This document shows positions 53,979 to 64,000 of a stretch of DNA of 64,000 nucleotides, in pieces. Numbering within the stretch: position 1 is the stretch's first letter; each line of letters opens with the position of its first letter. Under the pieces are notes generated by a model. That model did no database searches, was not told the origin of the DNA, and saw only the letters and a list, made by a program, of their open reading frames with translations. Position numbers and translations under genes: made by a program. The stretch comes from the human T2T-CHM13v2.0 reference genome, Homo sapiens: assembly GCF_009914755.1 (NCBI RefSeq), contig NC_060940.1; one strand, given 5' to 3'.

Positions 53979-54109
53979 TACTGAAATATTCCTAATGCCA
54001 GAGTTGTGTTCTAGATTTATGAAGAGTGGGTTTTGCTATTCTTCAAAATGGTAGGAGACGGGGTTATCAACACAAAATTGGAATAGATATTATGACTTTA
54101 AAGCATAGG

Positions 54110-54794
54110 TTGTCGAAATCCATTGATGTTGTTGCAAATGACAGAATTTTCATTTCTTTAAGGCTGGATAGTATTTCACTGTGTATATATGCCACATTTT
54201 CTTTATCTAGTCATCCACTTTTGGATACTTGGCTTGATTTCATATCTTGGCTATTGTGGATAATGCCACAGTCAACATTGGAGTGCAGATGTCCCTTCGA
54301 CCTACTGATTTTAGGTCCTTTGGATATATACAAAGAAGTGGAATTTCTGTATCATGTAGTAGTGATATTTTTAGTATTTTGGTTTTCTTTTTTATGTTTA
54401 TTTTTAGAAAAAAAGATCTTGCTCTGTTGCCCAGGCTGGAGTGTGGTGGCACTATCCTAGCTCACTGCAGCCTCAGACCTCAGACTCCTGGGCCCAGGTG
54501 ATCCTCCCACCTCAGCCTCCTGACTAGCTGAGACCACAGGTGCAAGTCAATACACCTGGCTAATTTTTGTATTTTTGTAGAGATAGTGTTTGCTATCTTG
54601 CCCAAACTGGTCTTGAGCTCCTGGGCTCAAGCAATCCTCCCACCCTGGCCTCCCAGTGCTGCTGGGATCACTGGCATGAGCCACCATGCTCAGCCCTATT
54701 TTTAGTTTATTAAGGAACTTGCATAATAATTTTCCATAATGGTTGTACTAACTTACATTCCCATCGACAGTATACAAGAGTTATGTTTTCTCCA
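54110..54794 (-). mobile_element. L1MA-type fragment interrupted by AluJ
   Basis: atgttgttgcaaatgacagaatttt...gtgtatatatgccacattttctttatc...ttccataatggttgtactaacttacattcccatcgacagt. Confidence 0.85.
54381..54695 (-). mobile_element. AluJ
   Basis: tagctcactgcagcctc...ctcctgggctcaagcaatcctccc, TSD tatttttagt. Confidence 0.9.
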
Positions 54795-54849
54795 GTATTT
54801 GTTTAAATAGTCCATGTAAAGAAGTAGATGAACAATGTATGATTGTATT

Positions 54850-54857
54850 AAAATGTG

Positions 54858-54904
<47 letters not shown>

Positions 54905-55275
54905 ATAGAATGTCACTCAGTCGCAAAAAAGAATGAAATCATATCTTTTGCAGAAACATAAATGGAACTGGAGGCCACTAACCTAAGTGAAATGCCTCAG
55001 AAAAAGAAAGTAAAAAATTGCATGTTCTCACTTATAAGTGAGAGCTAAACAATGGCTACACATGGACACACAGAGTAGAATAATAAACATTGGAGAGTTC
55101 AATAGGTGGGAGGGTAGGAGAGAGGTGAGAGATGAATTACCACCTATTGGGTACAATATACACTATTTGAGTGGTGGTACATGGAAAGCCCAGATTTCAC
55201 CACTACACAATGTATCCATGTAACGTAACTGCACCTGTACCCTGTAAATCTATTTTATAAAAAGAAAAAAAAAGA
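54850..55275 (+). mobile_element. L1MA1/2-like 3' end with poly-A, containing (TA)n(GA)n
   Basis: gaatgaaatcatatcttttgcag...catgttctcacttataagtgagagctaaac...aagcccagatttcaccactacacaatgtatccatgtaac...aaaagaaaaaaaaag. Confidence 0.88.
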
Positions 55276-55819
55276 GAATGTTTGTATAGCAAACATCACT
55301 CTGAAAAGAAGTTCAGGTTTCTTACTGTCCAGTATAATAATGATAATGTCTACCTTCAGCGTAAAAAGCAGGCATGCACAATGCCAATTATAAAAGTCTT
55401 AGGTTCCCTATACTTAGTGTTAACCTCCTATAATGCAGGTTATTGCATGTTCAGGAGTCATCCTGAGGGGACTGAGGATATGGGAACTGGAAATAAAAAT
55501 GTTACTCTATCTAGGGCTATTGCTGTAATAGTCTTTTGTCTCTGAACCAGGAGATGCATGTCTTTTGCTAGCATTCATGAGGCTATGGCAGGATAACTTG
55601 CAGGATAAAATCTATCCCATTTAATTTCTTAGCATCTAGATTTCTCCCAACATCTGGAAATGCCAGGAGAAAGTGCAGTAGAGAGAACATCACATCGGGA
55701 GTCAGTATAGCTGGCTGTGATAGTTACTAGCATTGTGGCCTTGGACAAGTCACATAAGCTTGCTAAACTTCAGTTACTTTACCATGAATGTGAGGACAAT
55801 AAAACATGCCCTACCTGGC

Positions 55820-55990
55820 AAGAGAAGGAAGAAGAAGGAGAGGGAGAGGGTGACAGAGAGGGAGAAAGACAAGGAGAAGGAAGAGGAAGTGAAGGAGGAA
55901 GATGAAGTGGAAGAGGAGGAGGGGGAGAAGGAGGAGGAGAAGGAAGTGAAAAGAAAGAAGAAGAAAAAGGAGGAGGAAGAGGAGGAGATG
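55820..55990. repeat. GA-rich polypurine low-complexity tract
   Basis: Degenerate (GAG/GAA)n over about 170 bp. Confidence 0.9.
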
Positions 55991-56471
55991 AAATTTAAAT
56001 GCACGTTTGAGAAGAGATTTTGAAAAGCATTGGAAACTCACCCACTTCAATATGCACCCGTATCTCCATCCACAAAAAAATTAGAAAATTTATGAGTCTT
56101 TCCCTGTAGTTCAGTTTCATTTGGCTGATTTCTTCTGGAGGTGGGGAAAATAAAGAGCCTGAAATAACCAGACCCTCCCTTCCCCAACCCTAAGGTCCCA
56201 TCAGGCAGACTCATTTTCTGGAGAGGAGAGAGTGAGGGGCTCCCTATCCAGGAATGAGGAAATCTCTAGTCAGGATCAGCAGGCAAATTTTATTTCCAGA
56301 GTTTATTTCCCATTAACAAGACTTGACAGCAGTTCTATTTTTTTTCACAGTAAATATGTGCCCCTGTTAATTAATATCATTTTCAATAACAACAAATATT
56401 AATCAAAACTTCTCTATAGCCAGTAGTACCCCAAATACTCAAACACACAGGCTCTATTAAGCAAATGTATG

Positions 56472-56755
56472 GACTGGGTGTGGTGGCTCATGCCAGTACT
56501 CACATCACTTTGTGCGGCTGAGGCAGGAGGATCATTTTAGCCCAGGATTTTGAGACCTCATCTCTACAAAAAAAAGGTTTTCTTAGTTAGCCAGGCATGT
56601 TGGCACAACCTGTAATCCCAGCTACTCGAGATGCTGAGGTGAGAGAGTGACTCAAGCCTGGGAGACTGAGGATCCAGGGAGCCATCACCTCCCCAATGCA
56701 CTCTAGCCTAGGCAACAGAAGAGGACCCTGTCTCAAAAAAGAAATAAAATAAAAA
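56472..56755 (+). mobile_element. AluJ with internal deletion
   Basis: ggcaggaggatcattttagcccaggattttgagacctcatctctac. TSD aaatgtatg/aaatttatg. Confidence 0.88.
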
Positions 56756-56952
56756 TTTATGCACAACTTTTATTTTTTCCATCAAGATTTCACATATTGC
56801 TACCCAATTACATTCAAAACCCCTCTTCAAACCAACCCTCCCTCAAAGTGGAACAAGCCAGACCTCGAATGGCTTCCCTTCTGTTGTAGTTTCCTTCAGT
56901 TATATCTGGCTTTCTTATCATCATATCATTAACATAATGAGGGAGGGTGGTT

Positions 56953-56966
56953 GTTGCCAGGGCAAC
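56953..56966. promoter_or_regulatory. Candidate RFX X-box
   Basis: GTTGCCAGGGCAAC fits GTNRCC(N0-3)RGYAAC with perfectly palindromic 6-bp arms. Function untested. Confidence 0.4.
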
Positions 56967-59089
56967 CAGCTGGGGTTAGTTTTTGTTGAAAATTCAGTGC
57001 CTCATGGATAAACACCAACCATGTTGAGCTTTAGTCTCATCTTTTGCTTATGGTGGCAAGTATGCAAATACTAATACGTTCTCATCTTCTCTTTCTTCTT
57101 GCTTTCTCCACCCTCCCTTCCTCTTGTCTTGCTGTTGCTTTTCCTCCTACTACTCCTGGAAATCCTTTCTTGTTTGTGTGTTTGATTGTTATTACTCCCC
57201 AAGCTCTCTTTGAACTGTACACTTAATAACAACTCATTTTGTATCTAACCAACACTGATTGCATTGCCTCCTTCAACACAATGAATTATACTTTAGAGAA
57301 ACACAATTTGGATTGCCTACCTAATAGCTTTCATAATTTTATTTCCATCAACTCTTATTCTTACTTTAATGATTTTAGCCTTGTTCTGAAGACATTTATA
57401 AAATAACAGGGTTTGTGCTGCTTTATGTTGTTCTAATATGTATTTAAAGAAGTATGTTAAAATTAAGACTCAATCATCCAGTGCCCCCTAAATTTATCCT
57501 GTATGTGTCTGTAGGTACTCTTGAAGCATTGCCTGCTTTAAATGCATGTGTTTTCTTCCTCACTTTTAAGAGCTTTCTGTATATAAAAAAATTCCTCTTC
57601 TCATGTTATCTCTTTTTTTCACACATTAATGAAGTTGGAGAATTTCCTTATATTTCTTTAGGGAACAGAAATTCTAGATCTTATACAAGCCACTCGAGTC
57701 ATAATGAACTACCTATAGGTCCCTGAACACAAAAGACTACTTCATTCGATAGGGTCCTTATTTATTCTCTTCCCTCTTCCTGTTAATACCCTTCCCAATT
57801 TTGTACTTTATTTGAAAATTTTCAAAATTCCTCTAAGATAATGTCACCTTTTTTGGGGAGCCATCCAGTCTCTGGTTTGGTTTGACGACTCACTTTTTGC
57901 TCTCAGTGCACCTTAAGGTACACGTAAGATAGTAATTATGAAATCATATTTTTATGTGTGTAAATACAACATCAGATGAATTCATCAAAGAGTGCCTGAG
58001 GAATCCAAAGCTTGCCTTAAATTATCTCTGTGTCCTCAGGGCCTATTATCACATCTGGCACAGAGAAGTGGCCCAACAAATGGATGGAAACTGAATCAGT
58101 TGCATTTTCTTTCTCATCCTTACAGTGTCTTCCCAGATGTAAATTGAAGGCATCACCCTTAATTGTTTTAAAACCAATTCCAAGCAGTCGTCGGATTCCC
58201 AACAGCACAATTTCTCCTGCCTCCTCTTTCTATTTTCATGAGTCCTTAACATTTAACTCTTTGGACTTGGATACTGGGAGGATTTATATATTGAAGAAAG
58301 TGGAAGACCCACAGAAATGTGTCTGGTATTTATGTTTTGTTTTCCAAACAGATGGCAAATTGGGAAGATCCACATTCGATATACTAGGAAACACTTTCTC
58401 CTCATTCAGGACTTAGGTTTCCCAATGTTCACTATATATTTGTGCTGTCAAGAGGAAAGAAACCCATCTTCGATTTCTCATGGATTTACTGACAGTGAAA
58501 GTGGGATGCCCTGAGGAGGAGTAGGGTGGAGCTGTGAGCTTCCCATGGGACCCTCCAGGGAGTGAGTTTCTGGCATCAGAAGTTTGAGTTGCCGAAGGTC
58601 TCCATTGGCTCTGATCATTGTAATTATCTGCCAAAACAGCCAGCTTAGAGTAGTCTCTTCCCATCTTCTGCTTGCAACAATCTCTATACCATACATCTGG
58701 ACAAGCACCACCAATTACCTTAACCATTTTAGCCTTTCTTAGACACACACTAGCAACACAGGCACTATAGCCTGAACCACCATTCCCTGCCCTCTCTCCA
58801 CTTGAAACTCATTGGTCCCAAACTCTTCGCTTAATCCAACAGCAGGAGTACAACCCTGGGATTATGTGCTTGCACCTGACTACAGAGTGAGACATCCTGA
58901 ATGCAAACCCCAACTCGGCCACTTTTAGCTGTTATTTAACTTCTCCATGACTTGGTTTCCATATGCCTCAAATAGAGCAACAATATCTAATTCAAGATAC
59001 CTATTTGAAAAGTAAAATATGCTAGTTCATAAATCATGCTCAGTTACAATTTTTATATATTCTATCTTCATTTATGTTGGTTAAAAAAA

Positions 59090-59310
59090 AGATAAGGAAA
59101 ATCTTGGCATTTATTCTGTTAGCTACTTTCAGGATTATGGGAGCCTCATGATATGAGGCCACTAAGAGGTAAATTTATTTTTAATCTACAAAAGAAGAAA
59201 TTGAGGCTCAGAGAAGTTAAGAATTTTGCCAGAGTTCATACTTTTAGTGAAAACCACAAGTCATGATTAAAACCCAGGTTTCTCTGAATTCAAAGCTGTG
59301 TTAGTTATTT
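59090..59310 (-). mobile_element. MIR SINE relic
   Basis: acaaaagaagaaattgaggctcagagaagttaagaattttgccagagttcata...aacccaggtttctctgaattcaaagc. Confidence 0.75.
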
Positions 59311-59972
59311 TCTTCACTCTTATCAAGCTATGTGTGTGACTCTCTTGCAGCATTCTTTATATGGCTCTGAAGTTGTCTATCTGTTTGTATAGCAAGACCT
59401 TGAGTCCTGGAGGACAGGGATCCCTGATCACCTTCCTCAGCTTAGTCTTTCCCAGTGCCTGACATGGAAGGAGTAGGGGTACCATAAATATCAATCAAAA
59501 AGTAAGGCAATAAATTCTTCTTCTCACACACTCCTCCATGATGTATTGCAGTGCTTTCTGTTTTCAGGAGTTTCCCCAGACTGATTCCCAAGCCTTCTAA
59601 TGGAAAACACTACTTTCCCAGTGAGAAATTGGGAAGTGAGCTAAACAAAAGTAAAACTATCATCAAACATGCTGACTTTTCCTTTGGCTTCGATATGACC
59701 TGCCCTTTCCAAAGGGAAGATCAGCGGTGGGGACTGAGCTCACTTGAAACAGGTGTTCCCACCAGGCAGACCTGTGTTGAAACTCTGTCTTGCCATTTAC
59801 AGGCTCTATGCTCCTGGGTGAGCCACTGACCTCCCATGAGTCACACTTTTCTCATCTGTAACATGTGATATTAATCCTCATATCAGCTTAATTATGAACA
59901 TGAGTGATTCCAGCACACACCAGGCACTGCATAATATCTGTGCCTTCAATGACACTTTCTCTACCACTGTAT

Positions 59973-60182
59973 CACCAATCCCATAAATTGGTTTAAGCTG
60001 GGTGAGTTATCACAATTGAATGAGTGCCCCAAGATGAGCATTATTACTCGGTACAGGCCTCCAACATAGGCCCTGCCAATAACCCCTGGGACCACCTCCC
60101 ACTCCCCAGGGTGCATTCCACTGACCCATGCATTCCACAATGCCAAGTCCCCTTCATGCCCCACTGTTTTGTGGGTTGCAGT
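59973..60182. mobile_element. Possible short non-autonomous DNA transposon (MER105-like)
   Basis: GC-richer ~210-bp island with imperfect terminal inverted repeats ccaatcccataaa...tttgtgggttgc. The family name is from weak recall. Confidence 0.35.
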
Positions 60183-61553
60183 CATAACCTAAAAAGAGAG
60201 ACTGGGGGCTACATGAGCCATTCACATTTTTCCTAAAGGAAAATGTGCCTTGTTGATAAGATTGAACTAACATTTGCTCACCATTTAAGGTATACCTAGC
60301 CCTCTATTAATGTTTTACACTGACATGAACTCATTTAATGCTCATAATGACCACAGCAGTTGGGATTATTATCTCCATTTTATAAATGAGACCCTCAAGA
60401 TTCAGGGAAGTTCTGAATTTGTGCATTTATTTTATACATATTTACTGAAGACCTTTCATACAGCCAGGAGTCATATAACTTGAAGGGACCATAAAGATCA
60501 ACTGGTAAGGAAGCATGTTACTTGAGTTCACAAGCTAGTCCTGTAACCCTGAGCAATGTGCTCCAAGTCACTGTACCTCTGTTTTTTCACCTCTACAGTG
60601 GAGGTTGAGTTTGGATGAGATTTCAGTACATGAGATGCAGAATGAAAAACATTTAGCAAGTGTCTGGCATACAGAAATGTTCAAACTGTGTTCGCTATAG
60701 TTAAGAAGAGACGGTAAGAAACAGTACAGAAATTCAAAGATTGAAAACAAGTAAACAAATGGTTGGTTTATGTTTCACAGTGGAGAAATTAACAAGAGTC
60801 AGTGCATATGTAAAGGTGGAGATAATCAACCCTGCTAGAGAAAAGGAAGACTCCAAGTTCACGTGACTCCTAGGTTAGCAGATGTGCAAATTTACTAGAG
60901 TCCTAGGCCAATATTCAAGGACACATGCTGCCTTCAAGATGGACACGACTTTCCTCACAGCTCTACTGTTAAGGAGTGCTCAGTACATGTCGCTAATAAC
61001 TCTCTGCAGAATTAAATAAAAATACACTCTGGGTCCAAAATTGTCTCCGGCAAGGATGTAGAAATGCATTCAATAAATGCATAATGATTCCATAAAAGCT
61101 CTGGAAACCGCTTCCTAGAGAAAAAAATTTAAAAGTGCATGCATATTAGTACATTTCACAGGTAATGAGGGAGACAGCCATTTCAGGCCCACAGGTCCAG
61201 AAAAACCTAGCTAGTCTGAAAATCTCACCCAAAATTATATAAAGAGAGGGAAGGCAAATCTAATCGTCAGAAATATCATCTCAAAACTCTGAATTCATTC
61301 ATCAGTTGTTTTTCTCCTCAAATAATGTTCTTTTGGAGGGTATTTTCAAGGATAGTTTCTCCTGAGAAAATATCACTGACTGACATTTAGAAATAATACA
61401 ATTTCCAGTTATGAGCCATCCTTTGCATTGTGTCCGTTTTAACAAGAAAGAGAAAGAGAGGTGATAGGAAAGGGAGTGATAAGTGGTGTTCATATCCAAG
61501 GGGGAGAGGACACAGGAGAGTTTACTTTTGAAAAATAAAATGGGCTTACCCAT

Positions 61554-62004
61554 TGTACGAGGACATTCTTGGATTGCTATAAATAGCTTTGTACCTTTAG
61601 CTACAAGGAAATGCTAGAGACTGGGTGATTTATAAAGCAAAGAGTTCTAATTGGTTCATGGTTCTGCAGGCTTTACAGGAAGCATGGTGCTGGCATCTAT
61701 TCAGCTTCTAGAGAGGTCTCGGAAAGCTTACCATCATGGTGGAAGGAAAAGGGGGAGCAGGCATGTGATGTTGCAAAAGCAGGAGCAACAGAGAGAGAGG
61801 TGCCACACACCTTTAAATAACCAGATTTCATGAGAACTCACTCACAGTGATATCATGAGGACAGCATCAAGGGGACAGCGTTAAGCCCTTCATGAGAAAT
61901 TCACCCCCATGAGCCAGTCACCTCCCACCAGGCCCCACCAACAATACTAGAGATTATAATTCAACATGTGATTTGGGTGGGGACACATATAAAAACTATA
62001 TTCA
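61554..62004 (-). mobile_element. MSTA/MSTB MaLR solo LTR
   Basis: gagactgggtgatttataaag...ggttctgcaggctttacaggaagcatggtgctggcatc...cacctcccaccaggcccc...ttcaacatgtgatttgggtggggacaca. Confidence 0.88.
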
Positions 62005-64000
62005 TTTATTACTGATAGGAAGAGATGCTTACAACATGACGACACAGTGCTGAGTACCTTAGGGAGTTTTTTCACTAACTCCTCACCCCAGGTAAGAGGG
62101 ATATAATTTTCCGTATTTTTGAAATGTGGAAACTGGGGCAAAAAGTAACGTACCCAAGATCACTTGGAAAGTCAGAATTCAGATCCAGGACTCTAGATTT
62201 TTTAAACCACATTTAAAATCATGATAGTGTTTCTAGTTTACTCAGATTCCGTTGAAAGGTGTCAGGGCTAAGGATAGACAAGCACATACCTTAGAAAGCC
62301 CGCAAAGAAAGTGTCAGATCCACAGGCTCCTCATGTGACATAAACCTTGTTGCAATTTAGTATTTGCTGGTGTCTAGGTTCTAATGTGTCTTCCTCTCAC
62401 TTATAGGAAAAGGTTGAGTAGGGGGATGGAGGGTAATGTTTGATTTGGTTTGGATGGAAGTTTTCTCTTCTCTGTGTTGAACAGAAAATTGCCCCTGTCC
62501 TGGCATGCAAAGTGCGATTCTGTTATTGTCAGATGTCTTAAGTGGGTTTATATTATTGTTCTCTGTTAATCATTTTCAGAGAGGAAAAAGGGCATGGAAC
62601 TTAAAGTCTGAGAACTTGACATAGAAGTAGAATACATAAAAGGAATGATGACATTTAACCCACAGGCCTGTTCTGGGAATAGGACACACACAGGTTTGTG
62701 TTTGCAAAGATTCTGGGAGGGCCCCTGGCACATAGTAAGCACTTCATGAATTCTCATCTCCTTCTTCTGTGTCAAAGCAGGATAAGGACTTTTAGAGGAA
62801 TTAGTAAAGAATAAAAATGAAATAGACTGTGCTGTTGAGCACTGTATTCAATTTTAAAAAAAAAATCTTGTTAGGAAATGAATGGAAAATGTTTCTGCAT
62901 TTGCAGTAGAGCAGAAAACAAGGCAATTATGGATATCAAGAATTGACTGTAATCACAAGTCACAGATAAAGAATTACAGCATTGGCTCCTAAAGAGAAGG
63001 GAGGAGATGAAGTTTGGATTAGAGTTCAAATAGATTTGAGGAGATGAGAGAGAACATGACAGCTATTCTGGGGTTACTTTAGTAGGAAAACTTAATATGG
63101 AATAGTGGAAAGAACATAGACTTGACCTAAAGTTTCCTGAAACAGACTGTTGAAAAAGTTAATAAATAATTTCAGAAAATACTTTATTGTCAATGTCATC
63201 ATCAGCATAAACCATCTATTGATTTTTTCCCAAATACATATGACTGTTTAAATAACAATTAGCAAGTGATTACTATGTGTTAGACACTACTAACGTGTTA
63301 TTCTATTTAATCTTCTTAGGAACCTTTTACGGTAGATATTATTCAGATGTTATGGTTCAACAAGATGAATCTCAGAATTGAGTGCTCCTCTTCAAGTATA
63401 ATTAATTTAAACATGGAAGTATAGAGATTACTTGATATACATTGAAAAGCTAATATATGCTGGTTATTTTGCACATATTGACTCATTTGATCATCAAAAC
63501 GACACATGACTTAAATGTTATCACATCCTTTTTACACATTTGGAAATGGAGTTTCACAGAGTTACAGAAATTTGGCCCAAATCACATGGTTATAAATGGC
63601 AGAGGCACAAATGGAGTCCTAGTTTGTTTGATTCTGCCAAGACACAACCCAAGAAACCTGGTACATCTCTCGTGATCATAACATATATTCTTAGTTTAAG
63701 ACTCTCAGTCTCAGAGGAAAATCAATGATGAAAGTCATGCCTAATGGCCCAGTCCTTTTTCTTTCAACAAAGTGTGAATGTATTCATGTATGGTCATTTG
63801 TTGTACGTAATCATCATCAACCTGCCAGATAAACAGCTAATTATTTTGGTTGTGTTATAAGCAAATAAACTTGCCCATGTGCAATTTGACAAATAGGGCC
63901 CAATCAACAGAGAAACAATTGTTCCAAGCTTGCAAACTCCCAGGAGTCTAATGAGCAATGGCTTACTGAATGAGCAATTGAAAAACAAAGAAATTACATT

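Noticed and set aside
54110-55275. Opposed L1 pieces as a second twin-priming inversion
   Set aside because: The pieces overlap by about 80 nt in L1 coordinates and differ at subfamily-type positions (ctgtcatttgcaacaac vs atatcttttgcagaaac), so two separate insertions are more likely.
55717-56050. Glu/Lys-rich and Ser/Phe-rich ORFs
   Set aside because: Translation of a GA-rich low-complexity tract.
58030-58416. 128-aa ORF in non-repeat sequence, with overlapping minus-strand ORFs to 58748
   Set aside because: GTG start, no recognisable domain, no promoter or splice context. The length is within chance expectation for 64 kb in six frames.

Overview
This is AT-rich, CpG-depleted primate (human-like) nuclear DNA with no recognisable intact protein-coding exon, RNA gene, CpG island or CRISPR array. 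It reads as intergenic or deep intronic sequence. It is dominated by interspersed repeats: about 18 Alu copies or fragments, old L1M pieces, many MIR and L2 relics, ERV1/ERVL/MaLR solo LTRs (LTR8, MER21, MLT1, MLT2, MST, THE1) and hAT-Charlie MERs. The two protein-derived relics are a near full-length but dead Hsmar2 mariner transposon (27433-28710), nested in an MLT2 LTR, and a processed cyclophilin A (PPIA) pseudogene (~31307-32034). Almost all ORFs in the supplied track are artefacts of Alus, microsatellites or chance. I found no evidence for a novel multi-gene system. The most unusual observations are small in scale: a 37-bp tail-less internal AluY fragment matching consensus, nested or inverted insertions, an 85-bp tandem duplication in an LTR, a fold-back template-switch scar in an Alu, and a few candidate enhancer motif clusters. 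Repeat subfamily names come from my recall of consensus sequences and need RepeatMasker/Dfam confirmation. I could not identify the locus.
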